Both the position numbers and the translations under genes were made by a program. Below are positions 18,896 to 27,161 of a stretch of DNA of 64,000 nt, one piece after another. Origin of the DNA: an uncultured Alphaproteobacteria bacterium. GTDB taxonomy: Bacteria > Pseudomonadota > Alphaproteobacteria > ATCC43930 > CGMCC-115725. The stretch covers positions 50-64,049 of the forward strand of contig CAVXLN010000011.1 of assembly GCA_963762435.1 (NCBI GenBank), given 5' to 3'. Each line of letters opens with the position of its first letter. Position 1 is the first letter of the stretch. The notes below the pieces were generated by a model. That model did no database searches and was not told the DNA's origin. It was given only the letters and a program-made list of their open reading frames with translations.

Positions 18896-20518
18896 ATGGA
18901 GGCGATCGGCCGCGACCTTCGGGAAATGCAGCGCATCCCTCTGGCGCTGTCGCATGTCGCGGCCTTGCGCAAAGTCGGCACCGTCGTCGAATACGAGGCG
19001 GGGGCGTTCCTGGCCCGTCCCGGACAGCCGGTCGACCGCTTCACCTATATCGAGGACGGGGAAATCGAGGTGGTGAACCCGTTCACCGGCGAGCGGCTCT
19101 TCTCATCCACGCTCGGTCCCGCCCAGTTCATGGCGGAAATCACCTTCCTGAGTGGCGGCAACTGGTCGCTGCTGATGCGGGCGGTGAGCCCGACGCGGGT
19201 CGTCGAGGTGCCCCGGCCCGAGATGCTCCGGCTCATGTCGGCAGTGCCCGAGATGTCGGACATCATCCTCACCGTGCTGTCCGCGCGTCGCCGCCGCCAT
19301 GTCGAGTCGCGCACCAGCGCGCTGGTGCTGATCGGCGAGGATGTCGACCGCGAGGTCCGGCGGGTGGCGGAATTCGCGAGCCGGAACAAGATCCCCTATA
19401 CCTCGCTGGCACCGGACAGTGCCGAGGCGGATGCCATCGCCACGGGCTGCGGGATCCAGCCGGGGCGACCCGCCGTCATCTTCGGCCGCGATATCGTCGT
19501 GAGCGAGCCATCGCCCGACAAGGTCGCCCGGCTGCTGGGCTTGAGCCGCGATTTTCCCGAGGACCAGGATTTCGATCTGCTGATTGTCGGCGGCGGCCCG
19601 GCCGGCGTTGCTGCCGGCGTCTATGCCGGGGCCGAAGGGTTGAACGCGCTCGTGGTCGAGGATGTCGCGATCGGCGGCCAGGCCGGCACCTCCAGCCGGA
19701 TCGAGAATTACATGGGCTTCCCGACCGGCATTTCCGGCGCCGACCTGGTCTGGCGCGGCGAGGTCCAGGCGATGAAGTTCGGGACCCAGTTTGCAACGCC
19801 GCGCCGTGTGGCGAAGCTCGAGACGCTGGACGGCGGCGCGTTCTGCGCCACATTCGACAATGGCCGGCGCGTCCAGGCCCGCGCCGTCGTGGTGGCGACG
19901 GGCGTGCAATACCGCCGCTTGCCGATCGACCGGCTGGCGGCGTTCGAGGGCGCCGGCGTCTATTACGCCGCGACCGAGAATGAGGCGCGCCACTGCAAGG
20001 GGAGGGAGACGGTCGTCATCGGCGGCGGGAATTCGGCCGGACAGGCTGCGATGTTCCTGAGCCGGGCGGCCACCCATGTGCGCGTGCTGGTGCGCGGGCA
20101 GTCGCTCGCCGCCTCGATGTCGAACTATCTCTCGAGCCGCCTCGAGGCCGACCCGGCCATCACGATCGAGTATGGCGCCGAGGTGACGGCGCTCGATGGC
20201 GGCGAGACGCTCCATGCGGTGACGATCCGAACGGTGGGCGACGGCACCGAGCGCACGATCCCGGCCTGCGCGCTCTTCATCATGGTCGGGGCGGCACCGC
20301 ACACACGCTGGCTCTCGGGCCTCGTCGAGCTCGACGAGAAGGGCTTCATCCTGACCGGCGATCGGGCCGGCGGTGACTCGCCCTATGCGACATCGCGCCC
20401 CGGAATCTTCGCCGTCGGCGATGTGCGGTCCGGGTCCGTCAAACGGGTGGCCTCGGCCGTCGGCGAAGGCTCGGTCGTCATCTCGAAGGTCTGGGATTTC
20501 CTGAACGCTCAGGGTTGA
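18896..20518 (+). CDS. cyclic-nucleotide-binding domain fused to TrxB-like FAD/NAD(P) oxidoreductase (no CxxC)
   Basis: GGAGG before the ATG. N-terminal cNMP-binding fold. DLLIVGGGPAGVAAG and VVIGGGNSAGQAA dinucleotide folds. The position of the TrxB CATC reads AATE. Confidence 0.85.
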   Translation: MEAIGRDLREMQRIPLALSHVAALRKVGTVVEYEAGAFLARPGQPVDRFTYIEDGEIEVVNPFTGERLFSSTLGPAQFMAEITFLSGGNWSLLMRAVSPTRVVEVPRPEMLRLMSAVPEMSDIILTVLSARRRRHVESRTSALVLIGEDVDREVRRVAEFASRNKIPYTSLAPDSAEADAIATGCGIQPGRPAVIFGRDIVVSEPSPDKVARLLGLSRDFPEDQDFDLLIVGGGPAGVAAGVYAGAEGLNALVVEDVAIGGQAGTSSRIENYMGFPTGISGADLVWRGEVQAMKFGTQFATPRRVAKLETLDGGAFCATFDNGRRVQARAVVVATGVQYRRLPIDRLAAFEGAGVYYAATENEARHCKGRETVVIGGGNSAGQAAMFLSRAATHVRVLVRGQSLAASMSNYLSSRLEADPAITIEYGAEVTALDGGETLHAVTIRTVGDGTERTIPACALFIMVGAAPHTRWLSGLVELDEKGFILTGDRAGGDSPYATSRPGIFAVGDVRSGSVKRVASAVGEGSVVISKVWDFLNAQG

Positions 20519-20533
20519 GCTTGGTCGCCAAAC

Positions 20534-20542
20534 TTATCCACA
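20534..20542 (+). promoter_or_regulatory. perfect DnaA-box consensus TTATCCACA upstream of paralog A
   Basis: Read directly. There are 39 nt between the box and the ATG at 20582. The same 9-mer sits at the equivalent position of paralog B. Confidence 0.4.
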
Positions 20543-20581
20543 GGCCCGTTTCCCACGGCGCCTTGACCCGCCGCGAACCGT

Positions 20582-21241
20582 ATGTTCCTATTTCGTTCGA
20601 ATTCGATTGAACGGAGGGAAGAGACGGTGGAAACGGCGCGGGATCGCGAGATCCTCGAAACATTGACCGAGCTGGCGCTCGAGGTCGCGACTGCGCTGAA
20701 GGCGCGGATCGTGACGGAAGCGGCTGCCGGCAATGCCGAGAACGCCGACCGCCTGAGCCTCGCCTTCACCCGCGTCGCCCGTTCGATCCGCCAGACCCTG
20801 GCCTTCAAGGCGAAGCTCGCCGATATCTCGGCGAAGGCTGTCGAGAAACGCCACGCGAAAGAGCGCGAGCAGGCGATCGAGACGTCACGTCTCCGCGTCA
20901 AGAAGCATCAGGTCGCCCGCGATGTCGCCCTGATGGTCGAGGCCACATCGGAACCCGAGAGCCTGTTGACCGACTTGCACGAACGTCTGATGGATCCGGA
21001 TATCGAGGACGAGCTCCTCACCATCCGGGTCGGCGATGTCATCATCGGCCTCTGTGACGAGCTCGGCATCCCGGTCGAGCTCTCGGTCTGGCAGGACAAG
21101 GGCTGGTTCATCAACGAGGGCCGGGAAGCGCCGGAGCCGCCGCGGCCAGTGCCAAAGCTGGAGCCGCAGCCGTTCCGAGGTCAAGGCATGCCGCTCTATG
21201 AATGGAACCGGATGCGCTATCACACGCCGCCGGACGGATGA
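20582..21241 (+). CDS. hypothetical protein, paralog A of inverted pair
   Basis: 219 aa with host-like GC3. A near-identical C-terminal half is shared with the ORF at 62634-63293 on the minus strand. Confidence 0.75.
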   Translation: MFLFRSNSIERREETVETARDREILETLTELALEVATALKARIVTEAAAGNAENADRLSLAFTRVARSIRQTLAFKAKLADISAKAVEKRHAKEREQAIETSRLRVKKHQVARDVALMVEATSEPESLLTDLHERLMDPDIEDELLTIRVGDVIIGLCDELGIPVELSVWQDKGWFINEGREAPEPPRPVPKLEPQPFRGQGMPLYEWNRMRYHTPPDG

Positions 21242-21267
21242 TCCCGAGCGTTCCCCGCCTCACCCGG

Positions 21268-21294
21268 CCTCTCCACCCCACTGGGGCGGAGAGG
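21268..21294. repeat. REP-like palindrome CCTCTCC...GGAGAGG
   Basis: Inverted repeat read directly. Same family as the elements at 31555-31654, 51061-51086 and 62581-62607. Confidence 0.6.
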
Positions 21295-21324
21295 AGTCCA
21301 AGATTTTCCCCTCCGCCATTTGGG

Positions 21325-21384
21325 GGAGCGCGCGCTAAGGCGCGGCGCTCCGTTTGCGAAGCAAGCCACGCGCTAAGCGCGTGG
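21325..21384. terminator. two tandem GC hairpins between convergent genes
   Basis: GGAGCGCGCGC-TAAG-GCGCGGCGCTCC (21325-21351) and CCACGCGC-TAA-GCGCGTGG (21366-21384). Confidence 0.4.
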
Positions 21385-21436
21385 CAGGGGAAGGGGCCCA
21401 TCGCGTCAGCAATGGGAAGGTGAGGTGGTGCTTTCT

Positions 21437-21676
21437 CTAAACGACGATATCGACGAGCCGCCCGCGCAGCTCGCTGTTCGACCCGCTGCGCTGGCGCGGG
21501 CCGCCGTTCCGGGGCGATTCGTTCTCCTGCCGCGACCCGGAGCGGTCCTGGCGCGCCGGTGCCGTTACCGAGATCGGCGCTACCGGCACGAGCACGCGCG
21601 ACTGAGCCTGAGCCGCTGCGGCGGTGTCAGTCGGGGCCGGCAGGGGCGGAGAGGAATGGCTGATGATCAGCGACAT
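21437..21676 (-). CDS. small Pro/Ser/Arg-rich hypothetical protein
   Basis: 79-aa ORF. GC3 is clearly higher on the minus frame than on the overlapping plus ORF. No SD or domain recognised. Confidence 0.4.
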   Translation of the reverse strand: MSLIISHSSPPLPAPTDTAAAAQAQSRVLVPVAPISVTAPARQDRSGSRQENESPRNGGPRQRSGSNSELRGRLVDIVV

Positions 21677-21720
21677 GGGGGATATATATTCACATTTGAC
21701 CTAAATTGAAACGGACCTCG

Positions 21721-21746
21721 TAAAAAAACACGCGAGGCGCGTGTCG
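21721..21746 (-). terminator. intrinsic terminator on the minus strand
   Basis: Minus strand reads ACACGCG-CCT-CGCGTGT followed by TTTTTTTA. No annotated gene lies upstream of it on that strand. Confidence 0.6.
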
Positions 21747-22087
21747 GATCCCAGCCGCAACTGAGCGGCCTCGATCGAGGCGATTTAATTCGGTCCCGGA
21801 CAATTAAAATTTGAACGGATATCAAGATGGTGCACGCATTCTGACGAAAGATGTCATATCCTGTGATGGCCGGCTGAGCTGGTGTGCCTGTGCCTCGCTT
21901 TGGGAGTTTGGACTTAAGGGTTTGGCAAGGGACGGAACCTTAGAATTTTAACCTGTGGTACGCCTCTATGAGGCTCGGGACCGATATTCGAAAAAATGTT
22001 TTTTCGGCGTCACGCGTTGCCCCTGAATGAGCGGATTGAGCGCTCGGGATGTCACCGTCGCTACCCGCATTTTCATCGAGTCGCCCC

Positions 22088-23230
22088 ATGAGCGCCCTCG
22101 AGCAAGACGATCTCGACTATCTCTACGAGCTTGCGCGCGACAAGACGGTGGCCGGACGACGGTCCCTGGTCGCGACGATCGGCGACCTCTTCTTCTCCCA
22201 GCAGGAGGTGCTGACCGATCACGAGCGCTCGCTCATGACGGAGATCCTTCGGCAGCTCATCCATGATGTCGAGATCTCGGTCCGGCGCGCTCTCGCCGAC
22301 CGGCTGGCTGAGCAACCGACCGCACCGCACGAGCTGGTCGTGGCGCTGGCCCAGGACGAGATCGAGGTGGCGCATCCGCTCCTCGTGAACAGCGATGTGC
22401 TCCAGGATATGGAGCTCGTCGAGATCATCCGCAATCGCACGCTCGAGCATCAGCTCGCGATCGCGATTCGCAAATCGGTGAGCGAGGAGGTCTCCGACGC
22501 GCTGGTCGAGACCGAGAACGCCGATGTCGTGAAGACGCTCTTGGAAAATCAGCGCGCCCAGATCTCGCGCAAGACCATGGAATATCTGGTCGAGCAGTCG
22601 CAGCGGGTCGACAGCTACCAGAATCCGCTGCTACGCCGTCCCGATCTGGATCCGGGCCTGGCCAAGCGCATGTATTGGTGGGTCTCGGCGGCACTGCGCG
22701 TCCATATCCTCGAGAATTACGAGATCGATCCGAGCGAGCTCGACGAGACGCTCGAATCGACCGTGCTCGATCTGACCGCCGAGCCGCAGACGATGCAGCT
22801 TTCCAAAGCGGTCGAGCTCGCCGAGAAGCTTTGGGAAGATAACCAGATCACGCCGCGGCTGATGATGCAGTCGCTGCGCGACGGCGAGGTGGCGCTGTTC
22901 GTGGCGCTCTTCGCGAAATTCACCGGCATCCGCCTGCAGCTCGTCCACCGCATGATGTTCGAGGAAGGCGGCGAGGGGCTGTGCATCGCGTGCCGAGGGG
23001 CCGCCATCGACAAATCGACCTTCGCGTCGATCTATGTGCTGACGCGCAAGGCGAAGGGCCGCGACCCGGTCTCGCATTTGAATGAGATGACCGGAATCCT
23101 GTCGCTGTTCGAGCGGATCAAGCCTGATGCCGCCAGCATGCTGCTGAAGAAGTGGCAGCGCGACCCCCATTTCCTGCGGGCGATCTGGCAGGTCGAGCAG
23201 CCGAGACGCAGCGTCTCGCGACACGCGTAA
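22088..23230 (+). CDS. DUF2336 domain-containing protein
   Basis: Helical-repeat protein with typical DUF2336 stretches (ERSLMTEILRQLIHDVEISVRRALADRLA, LLRRPDL). The ATG at 22088 is preferred over 22049 because GC3 is low between them. Confidence 0.85.
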   Translation: MSALEQDDLDYLYELARDKTVAGRRSLVATIGDLFFSQQEVLTDHERSLMTEILRQLIHDVEISVRRALADRLAEQPTAPHELVVALAQDEIEVAHPLLVNSDVLQDMELVEIIRNRTLEHQLAIAIRKSVSEEVSDALVETENADVVKTLLENQRAQISRKTMEYLVEQSQRVDSYQNPLLRRPDLDPGLAKRMYWWVSAALRVHILENYEIDPSELDETLESTVLDLTAEPQTMQLSKAVELAEKLWEDNQITPRLMMQSLRDGEVALFVALFAKFTGIRLQLVHRMMFEEGGEGLCIACRGAAIDKSTFASIYVLTRKAKGRDPVSHLNEMTGILSLFERIKPDAASMLLKKWQRDPHFLRAIWQVEQPRRSVSRHA

Positions 23231-23248
23231 CGGGGCTGGAGCAAACGC

Positions 23249-25096
23249 GTGGCCCAGCCCCCAGGCTCGATGCCACAACCAAGGGACGATCTCCCCCCGG
23301 CAGCGCAATTGGTGCTCGAGCGGGTCGGCTTCACCTTTCTCGCCCGCGGCGGCGCCGTCTCGATCAGCGATGCGTCGGGCAGGGTGCTTTGGGCCAATCT
23401 CGCCTGGCATGAGCTGATCGAGCGGCTGGATCGCTCGCTCGACGACATGGCGGCCCGCGTGCCCTGGAGCGTCGGCGAGCTCGTTCGGCAGGAGCACGCC
23501 CAGGGCGGCGATCCGATCCGGCGCGAAGATACGGTGCGCACGGCCGGCGGCCTCGATCAGCTCTCTTCGGAACATTGGCTGGCGCGGGCACCCAACGGCA
23601 AGCTCCTGGGCTTCGCCACCGCCGTCGCGGAAACCACCCTCTCGGCGCGCTATCGGCGCCAGCTGGCCGGGCTGCAGGAACATCTCGACGACCTCACCCG
23701 CCTCGTGTCCGACTGGGTCTGGGAGGTCGCGACCGACCTCACGCTGAGCTTCGTCTCGGCCCGCATCACCGAGGTGCTGGGCTTCCACCCGCGCGAGCTG
23801 ATCGGCAAGGATCTGGCCAAGCTCGGCAGCTTCGTCGACGAGGCCGGCGGCGTCATGGCGAGCCCGCTCATGGTGCCGCGGCCGCGCCCGTTCCGCGATG
23901 CCTTCTTCGAGATGCGCCATGCCGATGGCAGCCCGCGGCGCTTCAAGCTCTCGGCGCTGCCGGTGTTCGAGCGCGATACCGGCCGGTTCCGCGGATATCG
24001 CGGCACGGCGCACGACATCTCGGCCGAGACTCAGGCGCTCGATCTCGCTGCCAAGTCGCGCGACGCGCTGTCGGAGGCGATCGAATCCATCCCGGACGGC
24101 TTCGCGCTCTTTGCGCCCGACGAGACGCTGCTGCTCGCCAATGAGAAGTTCAGGGAGATCCAGGCCGCCGATTCGACCGATCGGGCCCGGCTCCAAGGGC
24201 CGGCGCGGCGAGCGAAGTGGCTCGAGTCCCTCGAATATCAGCTCGCCGACGGGCGCTGGATCCGCGCCACCGACCGGTTCCTGCCGGATGGCCGCATCGT
24301 CGACCTCAGGACCGACATCACCGAATTGAAGCAGCGCGAGCAGGCGCTGATCATGGCGCGCGCCATGGCCGAGCGGGCCGATCAGGCCAAGACCGAGTTC
24401 CTGACCAATATCAGCTACGAGCTCAGGACGCCGCTCAACGCCATCATCGGCTTTTCCGAGCTGATCCTGACCGAGCCCAAAGGGCCGCTCGGCCATCCGA
24501 CATATGGCGAGTATCTGGGCGATGTGCTGACCAGCGGGCGCCGGTTGCTCTCGATCATCGAGGACATCATCGACCTGACCCAGGCCGAGACCGGCGAGGC
24601 GCATCTGGCCGAGGAGATCACCGAGATCCGGACGGCGATCGAGGCTGTGGTGGGCGACATGCGCGAGGCGGCGACGCGCGGGCGCCTTGCCATGATGGTG
24701 AAAGCCGCACCCTTGCCGGCCCTTCGTGCCGATCCGGCCAAGCTCAAGCACATCCTGGGTAATCTGGTCTCGAACGCGATCAAGTTCACGCCCGCCGGCG
24801 GCACGGTGACGGTGATCTCGCGGCGCGAGGCCGAGGGCGATTTCATCATCGAGGTGGTCGATACCGGCATCGGCATCCCCGCGATGGAGATCGCGACCGC
24901 CTTCAAGCCCTTCGCCCAGATCGACGCGCCCCTGAACCGCGTCCATGAAGGCTCGGGCCTGGGCTTGCCCTTGAGCCGCATCATGGTCGAGATGCATGGC
25001 GGCAGCCTCGCCATCGAAAGCGAGGTCGGGCGTGGTACCACGGCGCGGATCAGGCTGCCGGCGCACCGCGCCGTGGATGAGCGCCCTACGCTCTGA
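23249..25096 (+). CDS. PAS-domain histidine-kinase homologue with Tyr at the phospho-acceptor position (DivL-like)
   Basis: PAS regions, then the H-box FLTNISYELRTPLNAIIGF (codon TAC at 24416-24418), then an intact HATPase (GNLVSNAIKFT, DTGIGI, GSGLGL). Confidence 0.8.
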   Translation: MAQPPGSMPQPRDDLPPAAQLVLERVGFTFLARGGAVSISDASGRVLWANLAWHELIERLDRSLDDMAARVPWSVGELVRQEHAQGGDPIRREDTVRTAGGLDQLSSEHWLARAPNGKLLGFATAVAETTLSARYRRQLAGLQEHLDDLTRLVSDWVWEVATDLTLSFVSARITEVLGFHPRELIGKDLAKLGSFVDEAGGVMASPLMVPRPRPFRDAFFEMRHADGSPRRFKLSALPVFERDTGRFRGYRGTAHDISAETQALDLAAKSRDALSEAIESIPDGFALFAPDETLLLANEKFREIQAADSTDRARLQGPARRAKWLESLEYQLADGRWIRATDRFLPDGRIVDLRTDITELKQREQALIMARAMAERADQAKTEFLTNISYELRTPLNAIIGFSELILTEPKGPLGHPTYGEYLGDVLTSGRRLLSIIEDIIDLTQAETGEAHLAEEITEIRTAIEAVVGDMREAATRGRLAMMVKAAPLPALRADPAKLKHILGNLVSNAIKFTPAGGTVTVISRREAEGDFIIEVVDTGIGIPAMEIATAFKPFAQIDAPLNRVHEGSGLGLPLSRIMVEMHGGSLAIESEVGRGTTARIRLPAHRAVDERPTL

Positions 25097-25424
25097 ACAG
25101 CACGAAGATGCCGCTCATGATGAGGGCGATACCGGCAGCGTGCTGCCAGGTCAGCGGCTCTTTCCAGATCAGGTGCGCCAGCACGGCCAGGATGCCGTAG
25201 CTGAGCGAGACGCTGGGATAGGCCAGCGAAACCGGGATGCGCTTCAGGGCGACGATATAGGTGATCGCGGCCAGGAAATAGACGCCGAAGCCGGCGATGG
25301 TCCAGGGCGACATGAACTGCGCGATGATGCCGCCGCCGGCCGAATCCTCGACGCCGCTCCGAAGCACCAATTGGCCTGCGACGCCGAGGCAGATGGCGAG
25401 GCCGAGCCAGAGATATGGCGCCAT
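25086..25424 (-). CDS. small EamA/SMR-like membrane protein (ArnE/F-like flippase subunit)
   Basis: 112 aa with 4 hydrophobic helices. The ATG overlaps the GT2 stop. Confidence 0.75.
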   Translation of the reverse strand: MAPYLWLGLAICLGVAGQLVLRSGVEDSAGGGIIAQFMSPWTIAGFGVYFLAAITYIVALKRIPVSLAYPSVSLSYGILAVLAHLIWKEPLTWQHAAGIALIMSGIFVLFRA

Positions 25425-26431
25425 CAGGCGCGCCGGACGAGCTTCGGCTCGTCCTTCCCCGTCGCTTGCCCGGGCTCGGCCGTCTCATAGTCGCGCACGA
25501 TGAATTGCGGCTTCCGGTTGGCGGTCAGGAACAGGCGGCCGAGATACTCGCCGGCGATGCCGAGGATCGAGAGCTGCACGCCCGACAGCAGCAAGACTGC
25601 CGCCATGATTGAGCCCCAGCCTTGCGGCGTGTGCCAGAACAGCGCCTCGATCACGACGAAGATGGCGGCGAGGCCGCCCAAGGCGCTGAAGGCGATGCCG
25701 GCCAGGGTCGCGACCCGGAGCGGCATCACCGAGAAATTCACGAACATGTTGATCCAGAGCCGCACCAGCCGGCGCATCGTGTAGTTGCTGCGGCCTTCGG
25801 CGCGCGGCAGATGCATCACCTCGATCCGGTCGATCGATTGCGTCGCTTGCAGGATCAGCCCGTCGATATAGGCGAAGGGGCCGTCATAGCGGATGATCTG
25901 CTCGACCAGGAACGCGCTCATGCAGCGGAAGCTCGAGAGATAGAGGCCGCGCGGCTTGTCGAGCAGATAGTCCGCCACATAGTTGGTGAAGCGGCTGCCC
26001 CAGTTCCGCCAGCTCTCATGCTGCTTGGCGGCGTAGTGGGTATAGACCACGTCGGCGCCGGTCGCCTGGGCGTGGCCCAGGAGCTTCTGCACCTCGCTCG
26101 GCGGGTTCTGCAGATCGTCATCCATGGTGATGACATGGGCGCCGCGCGTGCGATGCAGCCCGGCCATGACGGCATTATGCTCGCCGAAGTTCCGGGCGAG
26201 ATTGACGAGCGTGATCGGGATCCGCGCCTCGGCGACGAGCTGGCGGCAGACATCGAGGCTGTTGTCCGGGCTGCCGTCGACGACCAGCACGATCTCGTGC
26301 CCGCCCGCGATCTCGAGGCCGGTAAGCGCCTCCACCAGCGTGCCGATGGTGGCCGCCCCGTTATAGACCGGCACCACCACGCTCAAGGCGAGGTTCGGCC
26401 GGCGCTCTGCCGTGCTCACGGGCTCAGCCAT
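25424..26431 (-). CDS. family 2 glycosyltransferase (ArnC-like polyprenyl-phosphate glycosyltransferase)
   Basis: LSVVVPVYNGA, VDGSPDNS and MDDDLQNPP motifs, plus two C-terminal TM helices. Confidence 0.9.
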   Translation of the reverse strand: MAEPVSTAERRPNLALSVVVPVYNGAATIGTLVEALTGLEIAGGHEIVLVVDGSPDNSLDVCRQLVAEARIPITLVNLARNFGEHNAVMAGLHRTRGAHVITMDDDLQNPPSEVQKLLGHAQATGADVVYTHYAAKQHESWRNWGSRFTNYVADYLLDKPRGLYLSSFRCMSAFLVEQIIRYDGPFAYIDGLILQATQSIDRIEVMHLPRAEGRSNYTMRRLVRLWINMFVNFSVMPLRVATLAGIAFSALGGLAAIFVVIEALFWHTPQGWGSIMAAVLLLSGVQLSILGIAGEYLGRLFLTANRKPQFIVRDYETAEPGQATGKDEPKLVRRA

Positions 26432-27155
26432 GCTTCACCGCCAGCGCCAGCACCGAGCCGCCGAAGGGCAGCCGGACGCCGCGTCCGATGAGCCAGGTCT
26501 CGAGCCCGACCGCGGCGCGGAACAGCGCCTCGATCGGGGCGGGGTAAAGCATCACATCGCTCTCCGTCTCGGGTCCGCTCAAGAGCTTGCGCCGGAGCGC
26601 CATGAGCGGAAACAGGATCATGTTCCAATAGCTCGTCCAGACCTGGCTGAAACCCGCGGCACGAAGCAGCATCTCGATGCGCCGGGCGGTATAGCGCCGG
26701 GCGGTATGGACCGCGCGATCGTGCGCCGACATCAGCCAATCATAGGCCGGCAGGTTGAGCACGAGAAGCCCGCCGGGCGCCAGGCAGCGATGGCAATGGG
26801 CCAGTGCCGCGGCCTCATCGACGCCGCGGTGATAGAGCACGTCGGCGCCGAGGATAAGGCTGAAGGCGCCGTCGGCGAAGGGCAGGTCATTGAGCGAGCC
26901 GACGCAGACCGGAACCCCGCTCTTGGCACGCGCGAGGCGGGCCGCTGCCGGCTCGAGATCGAGCCCGATCGCAGGGCCGAACGGCTTGAGCTTGGCCAGG
27001 AACCCGCCGGTGCCGCAGCCGGCATCGAGGATCGGCAGCGGCGGCCGGTTCACGGCTCGGCGCCGGAGCAGCGTCAGGAGGTTCGCGTGGAGGCCGCGAT
27101 ACCACCACATGCGCTCCTCGAGCGCATGCATCTTGAGATATTCCGCCTCGTCCAT
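26424..27155 (-). CDS. class I SAM-dependent methyltransferase
   Basis: Motif I ILDAGCGTGGF. 8-nt overlap with the GT2 gene. Confidence 0.85.
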   Translation of the reverse strand: MDEAEYLKMHALEERMWWYRGLHANLLTLLRRRAVNRPPLPILDAGCGTGGFLAKLKPFGPAIGLDLEPAAARLARAKSGVPVCVGSLNDLPFADGAFSLILGADVLYHRGVDEAAALAHCHRCLAPGGLLVLNLPAYDWLMSAHDRAVHTARRYTARRIEMLLRAAGFSQVWTSYWNMILFPLMALRRKLLSGPETESDVMLYPAPIEALFRAAVGLETWLIGRGVRLPFGGSVLALAVKHG

Positions 27156-27161
27156 GAGGGA

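Noticed and set aside
21923-21940. Sigma-54-like TGGCA and CtrA-like TTAA motifs in the AT-rich spacer
   Set aside because: No TTGC -12 element lies at the correct spacing, and the TTAA half-sites are not spaced N7.
22631-25066. 811-aa minus-strand ORF
   Set aside because: It is antisense to the DUF2336 gene and the DivL-like kinase homologue, which carry clear family motifs. The product is low-complexity and Arg/Gly/Asp-rich.
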